Position numbers and translations under genes: made by a program. Positions 52,725-62,674 of a stretch of DNA of 64,000 nucleotides are shown one piece after another. How positions within the stretch are numbered: position 1 is the stretch's first letter; every line of letters begins with the position of its first letter. The notes below the pieces were generated by a model, which searched no databases, was not told the DNA's origin, and saw only the letters and a list, made by a program, of their open reading frames with translations. Source of the stretch: a virus (Duplodnaviria > Caudoviricetes); IMG/VR virus record IMGVR_UViG_3300045450_000252, positions 1 through 64,000 of that record; one strand, written 5' to 3'.

Positions 52725-53183
52725 ATGAAGTTTTTTGGATTGGGCGCTGCTGCGCCGCTTACCCTGGGCGTGGCCATGCAGGCCCTCATTGGCCAGGAAA
52801 CCGTCTCGGCCGAGCAGGTCGATGCCGCCAACACCGAACTCGCCACTGCCGGCCTCAAGGGTGCGCAGCTCGTGCCCGGCGCGGTACTCGACGAGCTGAC
52901 CACTAAGGCCGGCCGCGCCGAGACCGCCGAGGCCAGCATCAACGCCACCACGGCCGCCCTGGCGGCCGCTGGGGTCGCCGACCTGACCGCCCTGGTCGCC
53001 GAGCGCGATGCCTACAAGCTCAAGGCCGACAAGTTCGACAAGGCCCCCGGTGCCAGCCACACCACGCCCACGCTCACCCCCGGTGCCTCCGACGTGACTC
53101 CGACCGAGCCCGATGCTGACCAGAAGGCCATCGGCGAGCTGAGTCACAACAAGGCGCTGGCCGGCCACCCCATGTTCGGCTAG
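52725..53183 (+). CDS. Capsid scaffold protein
   Basis: Ala-rich helical protein between protease and capsid; homolog of 11766..12206. Confidence 0.7.
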   Translation: MKFFGLGAAAPLTLGVAMQALIGQETVSAEQVDAANTELATAGLKGAQLVPGAVLDELTTKAGRAETAEASINATTAALAAAGVADLTALVAERDAYKLKADKFDKAPGASHTTPTLTPGASDVTPTEPDADQKAIGELSHNKALAGHPMFG

Positions 53184-53244
53184 GCTCTTCGCTGGCTCTC
53201 ACCGCTCGTTTTCTCATTCGTCACCTTTTTACCGTCAAGCCCTT

Positions 53245-54240
53245 ATGGCCATTGATATCGACGAACTCAAAGCCGAGTTCGGCATTTACTACCGCGACGG
53301 CGGCCAGAACCTGGCCCGTGTACTCAAGAAGCCTTACCTCTCCTCGCAGACCGAGGCGCTGTTTGGCTTACTGCCCACCGACGACACGTCGTACCAGATG
53401 GCGATTGCCGAACTGGACCGCGTGCTGCAGCCCTTTCAGATTGGCTGGACCCCGGTGGGCAGCCTCCAGGTCGCCCCCATCACCCTGACCCAGACCCCCT
53501 TCAAGGTTGACGTCGAGGAGAACCCCGACAAGCTCGAAAACTCCTGGCTGGGTTTCCTGGCCGATAGCAACCTCGACCGTGCGCAGTGGCCGTTCGTGCG
53601 CTGGCTGGTGGAGGAGCACCTCTACGCCCGCATGGACCAGGACTACGAGCTGGGCGAGATTTACCTCGGTAAGTACGCGGCTCCTACGCCTGGCGTAGCT
53701 GGGGCGCTGGGCACGGGCATGGATGGCATCCGCACCATCATCAACCGGGCCGTGCAGCAGAGCAAAATCACGCCCATCGCGATGGGGGCCATCCCCACCG
53801 ACCCGCTGGCCTTCTGCGAGTACATCGAGAGCTTCGTTGACAAGTTCACCCTGCGCTATCGGGGCCAGGCGATGGAGGTGTGCATGAACCTGACGCTGGC
53901 CCGGCGCTACGCCAAGGGTCGCCACCAGAAGTACAAGTCCGATATCGCCGACCCCACGGCCCGCCAGATTCTCGACGGCAATGGCAACGTGCTGCTCACC
54001 TCGCCGATTGAATTCACCAACCACACGGTGGTGGGCCTGCTCTCGATGGGCGACTCGCTCAAAATCTGGGCGACCAACAAGGAAAACCGCAAGCGCCTGG
54101 CCAAGAAGACGGTCAACACCCGCCAGGTGCGCATCGAAAGCGCTAAACGCTCGGTGAGCATCCTCACCGACTTCTATAAGGGCGTGGGCTTCCCCATCCT
54201 GGAAGCCGTGTTCACCAACGAGCAGGATTTGACCTTGTAA
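53245..54240 (+). CDS. Major capsid protein
   Basis: 331 aa after scaffold; homolog of 12295..13290. Confidence 0.8.
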   Translation: MAIDIDELKAEFGIYYRDGGQNLARVLKKPYLSSQTEALFGLLPTDDTSYQMAIAELDRVLQPFQIGWTPVGSLQVAPITLTQTPFKVDVEENPDKLENSWLGFLADSNLDRAQWPFVRWLVEEHLYARMDQDYELGEIYLGKYAAPTPGVAGALGTGMDGIRTIINRAVQQSKITPIAMGAIPTDPLAFCEYIESFVDKFTLRYRGQAMEVCMNLTLARRYAKGRHQKYKSDIADPTARQILDGNGNVLLTSPIEFTNHTVVGLLSMGDSLKIWATNKENRKRLAKKTVNTRQVRIESAKRSVSILTDFYKGVGFPILEAVFTNEQDLTL

Positions 54241-54342
54241 AGCCCCCGCTCGCCCGTCCCACCGGGGCAACACGCCGGCCCATTCCAGTAGCGAGTGGGC
54301 CGGCTTTGGCGGCAGCACCCCGTTCATTTTTCCCTTACTACT

Positions 54343-54675
54343 ATGGCCGATACGCCGAAAACCGACGCGCAACTCATTGCTGACTTGCAGGAACAACTCA
54401 AAAAGGTCACCGAAGAATCGGAGGCCAAGGACAACATCATCGAGACCCAGGGCGAGCAGCTCGTGGCCGCCCAGGCCCAGGGTGCGGGCCAGCTCTCGGT
54501 GGTGACCCACGACAAGCAGACCTACCAGGTGCTGGCCGGCCAGTTCAGCCTCGACGACGAGCTCATCAAGCACCACGAGCTGAAGGGCAAGCCCGAGCTG
54601 GTGAAAAAGCTCGTGGAGGAGAACTCGCCCCTGCTCCAGCTGCTGCCCAAAAAAGAGGAGAAGGCCAAGAAATAG
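54343..54675 (+). CDS. P2-specific protein after capsid
   Basis: Coiled-coil N-terminus; ATG after pyrimidine tract. Confidence 0.7.
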   Translation: MADTPKTDAQLIADLQEQLKKVTEESEAKDNIIETQGEQLVAAQAQGAGQLSVVTHDKQTYQVLAGQFSLDDELIKHHELKGKPELVKKLVEENSPLLQLLPKKEEKAKK

Positions 54676-54719
54676 CCCGCCTGGCCCACGCTTAATCGCT
54701 CATCCGCAACTTATTCAGC

Positions 54720-55256
54720 ATGAATACTTACGCACTCACTCATCAGCTCGGCCCGCAGGGCGACGATAACACGCCTGGCTTGCTGGGCTACGTGCTCGTC
54801 GCCCGCGAGGACGCCTTCAAGACCCTCGCCAAAGCGCCCAAAGTGGGCGTCAACCCCGGCGACACGGCCATCATCGTCGACAGCCACGTGTTCAAAGACC
54901 CAGCCGATGGCTGGGCCAAGGTGTACATGACCCTGGAATCGAACAAGCTCAAGGCCGCCCTTGTGGGCGAGCGCGACGGCAAGGGCATCAAGATTGATTT
55001 CGAGGGCTTCCACCCCGGCAACAAGGCCTCCACGCTCGAGTTTGCCCGCATCGTCAAAAACCTGGGCCTCATCATGCTCGTGCCCGATGCCGACGGCACC
55101 TACCTGCAGGTGGGCCAGGAGGGCCTGCCTGTGGAGCTGGCCCCCGACTATGACTCGGGCACGCTCAACGCCGGCCGTCGGGGCTTCACTATCAAGGGCA
55201 CGGCCTACGCCACGGGCCTCTACATCTACGCCGGGGCCGCTAACCTGAAAAACTAG
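54720..55256 (+). CDS. Major tail tube protein
   Basis: Homolog of 13366..13968 (GDDNTPGL, PGNKA, GRRGFT). Confidence 0.65.
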   Translation: MNTYALTHQLGPQGDDNTPGLLGYVLVAREDAFKTLAKAPKVGVNPGDTAIIVDSHVFKDPADGWAKVYMTLESNKLKAALVGERDGKGIKIDFEGFHPGNKASTLEFARIVKNLGLIMLVPDADGTYLQVGQEGLPVELAPDYDSGTLNAGRRGFTIKGTAYATGLYIYAGAANLKN

Positions 55257-55454
55257 ATGGCTGCCTCTCCCCACCAGCTCCAGCCCGAGGTAGCGGCCAG
55301 GTACCGCTGCACCGTCGAGCCCTGCGTAGTGCTGCTGCTCTGGCTCGACCGCCGCGTCGACCTGCGCACGCTCAGCCTGGCTGAGGCCGATGAGCTGGTG
55401 AAAGACCGCAGGTTCACCTACCTCGTCCCACGTCGCACCCGCAAGAAACCGTGA
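55257..55454 (+). CDS. Small phage protein
   Basis: 65 aa, RVDLRTLSLAEADELVK...YL; abuts tail tube stop. Confidence 0.65.
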   Translation: MAASPHQLQPEVAARYRCTVEPCVVLLLWLDRRVDLRTLSLAEADELVKDRRFTYLVPRRTRKKP

Positions 55455-55485
55455 GCGAGCGAGGTGTAGGGTAGCCTGCTCCAAC

Positions 55486-55517
55486 GCCCCGCTGCCAGCG
55501 TGCAGTGGGGCTTTTTT
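55486..55517 (+). terminator. Rho-independent terminator
   Basis: GCCCCGCTGC-CAGCGT-GCAGTGGGGC-TTTTTT. Confidence 0.75.
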
Positions 55518-55519
55518 AT

Positions 55520-55554
55520 GTCCTTTCGGCCCGGGGGGCTCGCCAGCAACTTCG
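55520..55554 (+). promoter_or_regulatory. Late-promoter-like motif, site 8
   Basis: GTCCTTT...CAACTTCG, 34-bp spacing. Confidence 0.65.
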
Positions 55555-55558
55555 GGGT

Positions 55559-56176
55559 ATGAATGCTGCCGACATCCGCACCTGGCTGGCCTCGGGCCAG
55601 GATTTTGCCCCGGGCGTGGCCCTCTACGACGAGCTGGGCACTAGTGACGTGTTCAAGCGCCTGTTCAGCCTGGGAGCGTCGGCTTACAGCCAGGGTGTGC
55701 TGCTGCGCGAGCTGAAGGCTCTGGCCGCAGAGCCGCCCGCCGCCGTAGCCCCGCCCGCCCCTGCGCCGGCTGGCCCAGCAGCGCCTCAGCCGGCCCACGC
55801 CCCGGCTGAAGCGCTGCTCGTGGACCTGGCCCGCCAGCTCAAGGCCGTGCGCGACGAGCGCAGCCACCTGCATCCGCAGCTCACTGCGCCGGGCCTGCGC
55901 AAGACCGGCCGCCAGAAGCTGGCCCAGCAAATCGTGGGGCTAACCGACCGGGAAAACGAGTTAAAGGCCACCCTGGCCCACGTGCGGGAGCACGGCCGCC
56001 TGCCCGGCCCGGTGCCCGTGGCAGACATCGCTGACCGCGAGCAGCTACGCCGGCTGCTTACCAACCGCCGCGCCCAGCGCAGCAAACTCAAGAAAGACCT
56101 GCCCGCCCGTGCGGCCGACTTGGCCCGCGTGCAGGCCGATATCGACCTGCTTATCCAAAAACTTGCTTCTGCATGA
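55559..56176 (+). CDS. Conserved phage protein upstream of terS
   Basis: Homolog of 14085..14723. Confidence 0.8.
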   Translation: MNAADIRTWLASGQDFAPGVALYDELGTSDVFKRLFSLGASAYSQGVLLRELKALAAEPPAAVAPPAPAPAGPAAPQPAHAPAEALLVDLARQLKAVRDERSHLHPQLTAPGLRKTGRQKLAQQIVGLTDRENELKATLAHVREHGRLPGPVPVADIADREQLRRLLTNRRAQRSKLKKDLPARAADLARVQADIDLLIQKLASA

Positions 56177-56844
56177 GTACCTCCTTGCCTTCTGTAACTG
56201 ATTTGCCCGGTGCCGACCAAGTGCCTCTGCCCAGCTCCACGGCCATTGAGCGCATCTACGCGGCCTACATCGAGAACACGCTCTCGCAGCTCAACGCGGC
56301 CGATAAGACCACCCATGCCGAGCTGGAGGCGGCCTACGCTTTGATTCTCAACTACCACACCTTTGAGCAGGCCTGGCCCCTGCTGGCCCGGCAGTTTGAG
56401 CTGAGCCGGGCTTCTTGCTACCGCCGCCTGGCTGACTCGCAAAACCTGTTTGGCGACCTCAAAAAAGTCAAGAAGGAGGGACGCCGGACGGTGCTGGCGG
56501 ATTTCGCCCGCAAGTTGCTCCAACTCTGCCTGGGCCAGCGCCCACCCGACGTGAAGGGCGCGCTGGCGGCCATGAAATTTGAGGCCAACCTTACGGGCCT
56601 GCTGCGGGCCGATGCCCACGGCGAGGAGGGCACCGGCGGGGTAGGAGCGACCACTTACATCATCAATTTGCAGGTGCAGGGCCGCAAGGCCCGGCCCATC
56701 GACATTCACAAGCTCGACGACATTTCCGATGCCGATTATGAGCTGGTGCAGGAGGCCGTGGCCAGCCAGGTGTTCGGGGCCACTGCGATGGAAGTCATGC
56801 TCGCTGACCGCCGGGCCTTGGAGGAAGGGGGGGCGGCGTCGTGA
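56173..56844 (+). CDS. terS: Terminase small subunit
   Basis: FELSRASCYRRL HTH; overlaps terL start. Confidence 0.7.
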   Translation: MSTSLPSVTDLPGADQVPLPSSTAIERIYAAYIENTLSQLNAADKTTHAELEAAYALILNYHTFEQAWPLLARQFELSRASCYRRLADSQNLFGDLKKVKKEGRRTVLADFARKLLQLCLGQRPPDVKGALAAMKFEANLTGLLRADAHGEEGTGGVGATTYIINLQVQGRKARPIDIHKLDDISDADYELVQEAVASQVFGATAMEVMLADRRALEEGGAAS

Positions 56845-58541
56845 GCCTCATCGACCGGGTACAACTCGACTTCAACCAGGCCCAGCTGCGCTACGTCACG
56901 GCCCGGGGCACCAAGGAGGGCATCAGCATCTGGGGCCGGGGCACGGGCAAGTCCAGCATCATTGCCTGGGACATGCACAAAATCGTGACCACCATGCCCC
57001 GCTCGTGCTGGGTGATTGTGGGCTCGACCTACAAGCAGGTGCTCACCCGCACGTTGCCCTCCACGGTGGCCAGCCTCGAGCGCCTGGGCTACAAGCTGGG
57101 CCGCGATTTCTACATCGGCCGCAAGCCGCCGCCCTCCCAAAACTGGGAGCATCCCTTTCAGGGGCCGCTGAGCTACGACCACTTCATCATTTTTCGCAAT
57201 GGCACGGGCTTTCACCTGGTGAGCCTGGATGCCGGGGGCTCGGCCTCGCGGGGCCTGAACGTGGATGGCTTTATCGGTGACGAGGCCCTGCTCTTCGATA
57301 AAAATAAGCTCGACGCCGACCTCTCGGCCACCAACCGGGGCAACGGCCAGTACTTCGGCAAAAACCCCATGCACCACGGCGTTTTTCTTTTCAGCTCGAT
57401 GCCCTGGGGCGACCAGGGCCGCTGGCTGCTGGATAAGGCCAAATACTATGAGAATGAGGGTATAGACCTCGTGGAGCAGCGCCGCGAGCTGCTCGATGCC
57501 CAGGTGCGCTTTCTGGACGCCAACAGCGAGGGCGACGAGGCCATGCTGGCCATCTGGCGCGACGAGGTGGTGCCCTTGCTTCAGAAGGTGCAGTTTTTCC
57601 CGTCCAAGGCGCAGCGCGGCACTTTCTACTCGGAGGCCAACGCCTTTGACAACATCCGGAACCTGGGCTTGCAGTACTTGCTTGACCAGCGCCGGTTTAT
57701 GACCGATTTTACGTTTCAGATTGAGATGATGAACCGCCGGCCTACGACGGTCAAAAACGGCTTTTACCCCCGGCTCAACCAGGCCGTGCACGTGCAGGAG
57801 TGCGCCGCCGACGACACGCTGCTGGGCCTGGTCGACGAGCAGGGCCTGGGCCACCACCTCAAGCTGCTCAAGGGCCTGGTGGACAAGCCCGACTCGCGCC
57901 TCGATAGCGATTGCCGCTCGCACCAGCCCCTGCGCATCTCGGTGGACTTTGGGGCGCGCATCACTACCTGCTGGGTGGGCCAGCCCCACCGCGACGTGGG
58001 CGAGTATCGCCACCTGGGTGGCTTCCACGTCAAGTTTCCCGCCTTCATCGACGAGTTGGTGGGTAATATCTGCGAGTACTACCGCTACCACCTGCGCCGC
58101 GAGGTGGAGTTTCTCTCCGACGAGGAGTACGGTGACGCCCGCCGGCCCGACAGTGAGTTTACGCTCAACGAGCGCTTCATGCGGGCCTTCCTCAAGCGGG
58201 GCTGGCGCATTCAGCGCTTCGGGCTGGGCCGCATCCCAGGCCACCCCACGCGCTACATGCTAGCCCATGACCTGCTCGCCGAGGACGACCCCAAGCTGCT
58301 GCGCCAGCGCTTCAACAAGGAGCGCTGCAAGGACGGCATCACGGCCATGCTGCTGGCCCCGGTTAGTCAGGACAGCAAGGGCCGCATCAAAAAGGTGAAA
58401 ACCAGCGAGCAGAAGGAGAGCTTCCCCGCCGAGCACGCCACCCACTACACCGACAACATCGACCTGCATTTCCTCTCCTGCGGCACCGATATCGTCAACG
58501 CCTCGGTGGACTTCAGTCAGTTGGGGGTGTTTAGCACGTAA
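56841..58541 (+). CDS. terL: Terminase large subunit
   Basis: WGRGTGKS, FIGDEA, SVDFG...HYTDNID. Confidence 0.9.
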   Translation: MSLIDRVQLDFNQAQLRYVTARGTKEGISIWGRGTGKSSIIAWDMHKIVTTMPRSCWVIVGSTYKQVLTRTLPSTVASLERLGYKLGRDFYIGRKPPPSQNWEHPFQGPLSYDHFIIFRNGTGFHLVSLDAGGSASRGLNVDGFIGDEALLFDKNKLDADLSATNRGNGQYFGKNPMHHGVFLFSSMPWGDQGRWLLDKAKYYENEGIDLVEQRRELLDAQVRFLDANSEGDEAMLAIWRDEVVPLLQKVQFFPSKAQRGTFYSEANAFDNIRNLGLQYLLDQRRFMTDFTFQIEMMNRRPTTVKNGFYPRLNQAVHVQECAADDTLLGLVDEQGLGHHLKLLKGLVDKPDSRLDSDCRSHQPLRISVDFGARITTCWVGQPHRDVGEYRHLGGFHVKFPAFIDELVGNICEYYRYHLRREVEFLSDEEYGDARRPDSEFTLNERFMRAFLKRGWRIQRFGLGRIPGHPTRYMLAHDLLAEDDPKLLRQRFNKERCKDGITAMLLAPVSQDSKGRIKKVKTSEQKESFPAEHATHYTDNIDLHFLSCGTDIVNASVDFSQLGVFST

Positions 58542-58571
58542 CGCAAAGCAGACGGGCGATAGCCTGAGTTG

Positions 58572-58634
58572 TACGAAGCCACCAAAAAGGGGGCGTTAGC
58601 CAGTAGCTAACGCCCCCTTTTTGGTGGCTTCGTA
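58572..58634. terminator. Perfect 29-bp inverted repeat (bidirectional terminator)
   Basis: TACGAAGCCACCAAAAAGGGGGCGTTAGC-CAGTA-exact complement. Confidence 0.8.
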
Positions 58635-58674
58635 TAGCGCGAATTAGGAGCTTGTGATAAGCCCGCGGCTACGA

Positions 58675-58986
58675 TTAATAGTCGTCCAGACCACGGACAT
58701 ACGCACGCCAGTAGAACGGGTCATAGCCAACTTCCCGGGCGTGCCGAACTGCAATGGCCCGCTCGGCCTCCAGCGCTTCTTCGTACTCGGGGGTTCCCTT
58801 GCCGTACTGCTGGTCTAGTTGAGCCGCAAACGCCGTTCCATCTGCATAGCCCGACGCAGTTAGCGCAACCTGCGACGTGAGGGCTACCTGCGTAGGTACA
58901 CTGCCCCGCGCAGTGGCTGGGGTTGCACAGCAGTAACTGCCTGCCAGCAATAGCGCTAGCGAGAAAGCAACATTAGCTTTTTTCAT
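58675..58986 (-). CDS. Secreted accessory protein (moron)
   Basis: MKKANVAFSLALLLAG signal peptide; antisense; AT-rich upstream region. Confidence 0.65.
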   Translation of the reverse strand: MKKANVAFSLALLLAGSYCCATPATARGSVPTQVALTSQVALTASGYADGTAFAAQLDQQYGKGTPEYEEALEAERAIAVRHAREVGYDPFYWRAYVRGLDDY

Positions 58987-59354
58987 GAGGAAAGGGAAAA
59001 GGAATGGAGAGAATACGCCCTTGCTGTAGGTAAAGGCGCAGTAGCAAAGGAAGGGGTCCTCGCAACTGTGCAAAAGGACATAATAGGAAAATTCAGGACA
59101 TCGAGCCTGGTGCTTACTTAAGGGTTTTATGCTGCTTATTCCGACTTACTTCTTATTTTAATTATATTTCAAGGGTTGTTCGATTTGTGTTGTTGCTAGT
59201 AGCCAGGATGTTATCACAAGGGGTTAGGATAGGTTAGGCCAGTGCGTAAAATAAACTTTGCCTCGAAGTATAGCGCACGAAATACAGCTAGTTAGTTCTG
59301 GATTAGGGCAAGTGAGCCACTTATCAGGTAGCGCTACTCAGCAACGGCCCCAGG

Positions 59355-59510
59355 CAGATATCCCCCGAGGCAGCCCCCGGCAACTGCCAGTGCCCGACAG
59401 TGCAAGCCGGGGAATCCTGCTCGACCCGTGAGACTGTGAAACGCCAAAACGGCCCAAAATCGCTGTTTCCAGCGCGCCAGGGTACTTCGCGTTGAGATTG
59501 GACTTTTACC
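59355..59510. other. Conserved non-coding block homologous to 17085..17270
   Basis: Shared motifs in the same order upstream of the portal operon. Confidence 0.5.
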
Positions 59511-59538
59511 CTTTTGCGGGCCGCTGAGGGGTTTTTGT

Positions 59539-59573
59539 GTCCTTTTGGCTGGCAGTGGTCGGCGGGTACTTCG
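59539..59573 (+). promoter_or_regulatory. Late-promoter-like motif, site 9
   Basis: GTCCTTT...GTACTTCG, 34-bp spacing. Confidence 0.65.
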
Positions 59574-59581
59574 TGGCACCA

Positions 59582-59968
59582 ATGAAGGCCCCGACTACTC
59601 CCGTTATCCGCTTAAAAGATGCCCTGGCCCTGCTCGACGGGCCGGCCCCGGTCGCCGTGCGCTGGGTCACCTACGACCGCCGCCGGGGCACGGGCGGCGA
59701 GTTCCGCGAGCTGGCCGGCGCGCGCCTGGGCCGGGGCCAGCCCACTACCGGGCAGGCTACGCTGCGCCCTCCCGCGGCCGCTGAGGAAACCGACGACGAG
59801 CGCGCCGCCGTCGCGGCCACCGGCCAGGTACCGATACCCAGCGGCGGCAAAGACCCCGCCCACTGGCTCAACGCCACCCGCAACCTAGTGGATACGGCCA
59901 CGGGCAAGCTTATCAAAATCCACCTCTACCTGCTCACGCACGTCGCGGGGCGCAAAGTCTACCTCTAA
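59582..59968 (+). CDS. Conserved phage protein upstream of portal
   Basis: Homolog of 17325..17669. Confidence 0.8.
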   Translation: MKAPTTPVIRLKDALALLDGPAPVAVRWVTYDRRRGTGGEFRELAGARLGRGQPTTGQATLRPPAAAEETDDERAAVAATGQVPIPSGGKDPAHWLNATRNLVDTATGKLIKIHLYLLTHVAGRKVYL

Positions 59969-59971
59969 TCC

Positions 59972-61339
59972 ATGCAGCAACTGGTATTTGCCGGCAACGG
60001 CACCGCCTACCACCGGGGCCTGGGCGCGGCCGTGCGCCTGGGCGGTGCCCTGGCCGCCAGCGGCAGCAGCCGCACCGGGCCGATTCTCGCCGGCGGGGCC
60101 ACGCCCTCGGCCCCGGTCGATAAGGGAGCCACGGCGGGCGTGGTGGCCCCGTGGGGGCCGGGCAACGACTGGCCGCAGCAGGTGCTGGCCGCCCTGGCCA
60201 AGAGCACCATTCTGTACCCGGTGCTGGATTGGAAAAACCGCGCCGTGTACGGCAGCGGCATCGTCTACGGCAAGGTTAGCGGCTATAAGCCGGACGGCTC
60301 CGAGATTTTTCAGCCCGTTAAAGACCCGGTACTGCGCGAGTTTTTCCGGCGCAGCAACCTGGAGCGCTACGGCTTCGAGGGCTTGCAGGGCCTGCTCTAC
60401 TTCGGCCAGGGCTTTCCCGAGCTGATTCTCAGCAACGACCGCAGCCAGATTACGAGCGTCACCATCCAGGACGCGCCCTTCTGCCGCTACGCCACCCAGC
60501 AGCCGGGCCAGGCCCTGCCGCCGCACGTGTACATCTCGGCTGGCTGGCCGGATGCCCGGCCCGGCGACGGCTACACCGAGCAAGTGCCCACGCTCGACCC
60601 CTACTACAGTGACATCGAGCACCTGCGGGCCGACAAGCGCGGCTTCAAATACATCTGGCCGCTCTCGGTGTCGAGCCCAGGTAACGCGCTCTACCAGGTG
60701 CCGGCCTGGAGCGTCATTCTCAAGTCGCGCTGGTTCGACGTGGCCCTGGCCGTGCCCGAATTTAAGAAGCAGCTCTTCGATAACCAGCTCTCCATCAAGT
60801 ACCTTATTGAGGCCGACGTGCGCTATTGGGAGTGGAAATACCCCAGTTGGAAGGATAAGAAGGACGAGGAACGCAAGCGCATCATCGCCGAGGAGCTGGA
60901 TGCCTTCGAGAAGACGATGGCCGGCACGGCGGGCGCGGGCAAGACGCTGCTGAGCGTGACTATGCCCGACCCCACCGACCCGAGCAAGACGATTAAGGTG
61001 TTCACCATCACGGCCATCGACGACAAAATCAAGTCGGGCCTCTACATCGAGGACTCGCAGGAGGCGGCCAGCCACTTCTACACTGCCCTGCAGGTAGACG
61101 CTACCCTGGCCGGCGTATCGCCCGGCAAGGATATTGGGTCGGGGAGTGGCTCGGACAAGCGGGTGGCCTTCAACGTGTTCGTGGCTACCCATAGCTTCTA
61201 CCAGTCGCTGCTGCTGGAGGTGCTCAACTTCATCCGCGACTACAACGGCTGGGACCCCGACCTGGAATTCCGCTTCCTCGTGCCACAGGTCAACACGGCC
61301 GATGCCAGTAAGGAAACCAACAAAAAAGCTGACGGCTAA
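59972..61339 (+). CDS. Portal protein
   Basis: Homolog of 17669..19000. Confidence 0.8.
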   Translation: MQQLVFAGNGTAYHRGLGAAVRLGGALAASGSSRTGPILAGGATPSAPVDKGATAGVVAPWGPGNDWPQQVLAALAKSTILYPVLDWKNRAVYGSGIVYGKVSGYKPDGSEIFQPVKDPVLREFFRRSNLERYGFEGLQGLLYFGQGFPELILSNDRSQITSVTIQDAPFCRYATQQPGQALPPHVYISAGWPDARPGDGYTEQVPTLDPYYSDIEHLRADKRGFKYIWPLSVSSPGNALYQVPAWSVILKSRWFDVALAVPEFKKQLFDNQLSIKYLIEADVRYWEWKYPSWKDKKDEERKRIIAEELDAFEKTMAGTAGAGKTLLSVTMPDPTDPSKTIKVFTITAIDDKIKSGLYIEDSQEAASHFYTALQVDATLAGVSPGKDIGSGSGSDKRVAFNVFVATHSFYQSLLLEVLNFIRDYNGWDPDLEFRFLVPQVNTADASKETNKKADG

Positions 61340-62364
61340 TGCTTCTCAAAACCCTCCCCGAGTTCCAGGGCTACGTGGCCGTGGACTTCAACCTGCAGAC
61401 CGGCCTGCCGCCCAGCTTCGTGCTGGAGCTGGCCGAGACCGAGGCCACGCTCCTGGCCCCGTTGCTGGGTGCCCCGCTCTATACCTGGCTGCAAGCGGCT
61501 TACGACGCTCCGGACTTCGATGCCCAGGCCCCGACGCCCGCCGCCGGCCTGCTGCGGGCCGTGCAGGCCCCGCTGGCCCGCCTGGCGGCCAGCACCGGCA
61601 TCACGACCCACCAGGCCAGGATTGACGGCACGGGCGTGCACATCGTCAGCACCGACAAAATCAAGACGGCCTTCCAGTGGCAGAGCCGCGAACTGCAGGC
61701 CCTGCACCAGCGCCGCGGCTACCAGGGCCTCGACGCCTTGGTGCAGTGGCTCGAAGACCACCGCGACGACGCGCCCGAGCTGCGGGCCTGGGCCGCCTCG
61801 CCCGCTGGCCGCCGGCACCGGTGCGAGCTGTTCACCAGTGCCACGGCCTTTCAGGAGTACCAAAACATCGGTGGCTCCTGGCTCGTGTTCGAGGCCCTGC
61901 GCCCGGTGCGCCGCCGGCTGGAGGCCCAGGAGCTACGCACGGTGCTCGGCGAGGCGTTCCTGCAGGAGCTGCTTGAGCAGGTCGAGGCCCGCACGCTTAC
62001 CAGCGAAAACGAGAACCTGCTGCGCAGCCGCGTGTACCCGGCCCTGGCCAGCCTCACCATCGCCCACGCCGTGCCCGCGCTGGCCCTGCGCCTGACACCG
62101 AGCGGCATCGACCTGGCCGTAGCCCGCCTTGACGATGCCAACGCCAAGGAAGCCGATGCGGGCCTCAACGAGCTGCTGCGCCAACTAGCCCAGGAGTGCC
62201 TGGCCGTGGGCGAGCGCTACCTGCGTCAGCTCACCGACCACCTCGACGCCAACGCCTCGGCCACGCGCTTCGCTACCTACTTCGCTTCCCCGGCCTACAC
62301 CCCGCCTAATCGGCCGGCGGCGGTGCTCAATACGCCCACTTCCAAAGTCCTCCGATTCTGCTAA
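61339..62364 (+). CDS. Head-tail connector-like protein (DUF6712-like)
   Basis: Homolog of 19006..20004. Confidence 0.6.
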   Translation: MLLKTLPEFQGYVAVDFNLQTGLPPSFVLELAETEATLLAPLLGAPLYTWLQAAYDAPDFDAQAPTPAAGLLRAVQAPLARLAASTGITTHQARIDGTGVHIVSTDKIKTAFQWQSRELQALHQRRGYQGLDALVQWLEDHRDDAPELRAWAASPAGRRHRCELFTSATAFQEYQNIGGSWLVFEALRPVRRRLEAQELRTVLGEAFLQELLEQVEARTLTSENENLLRSRVYPALASLTIAHAVPALALRLTPSGIDLAVARLDDANAKEADAGLNELLRQLAQECLAVGERYLRQLTDHLDANASATRFATYFASPAYTPPNRPAAVLNTPTSKVLRFC

Positions 62365-62366
62365 TC

Positions 62367-62669
62367 ATGGACTTACTCTTCAAAATCCTGGCGGCGCTCT
62401 TTGGCTGCGTGAGCGTGGGGGCGGCCCTCTACAACATCGCCACGAGCCGTAGCACGGCCAAGCAGCTGGCCAAGGAGCGCCGCGACGACGAGCGCCTCGA
62501 CAACGTGTGCCTGCTGGCGGCCCGCACCGACCAGCGCGTCACCGGCATCGAGAGTCGCATCGGCAGCTTCGAGCAGCGGGTAGAAAAGCGCCTCGACCAA
62601 ATCGCCGACGACGTGGGCGACTTCAAAGAAATGTTCACCAAGTTTCTCATCAACCACCACAAATCCTGA
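62367..62669 (+). CDS. Single-TM coiled-coil protein (lysis cassette)
   Basis: N-terminal TM plus heptads; same topology as 20006..20353 but not alignable by eye. Confidence 0.7.
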   Translation: MDLLFKILAALFGCVSVGAALYNIATSRSTAKQLAKERRDDERLDNVCLLAARTDQRVTGIESRIGSFEQRVEKRLDQIADDVGDFKEMFTKFLINHHKS

Positions 62670-62674
62670 CGCTT

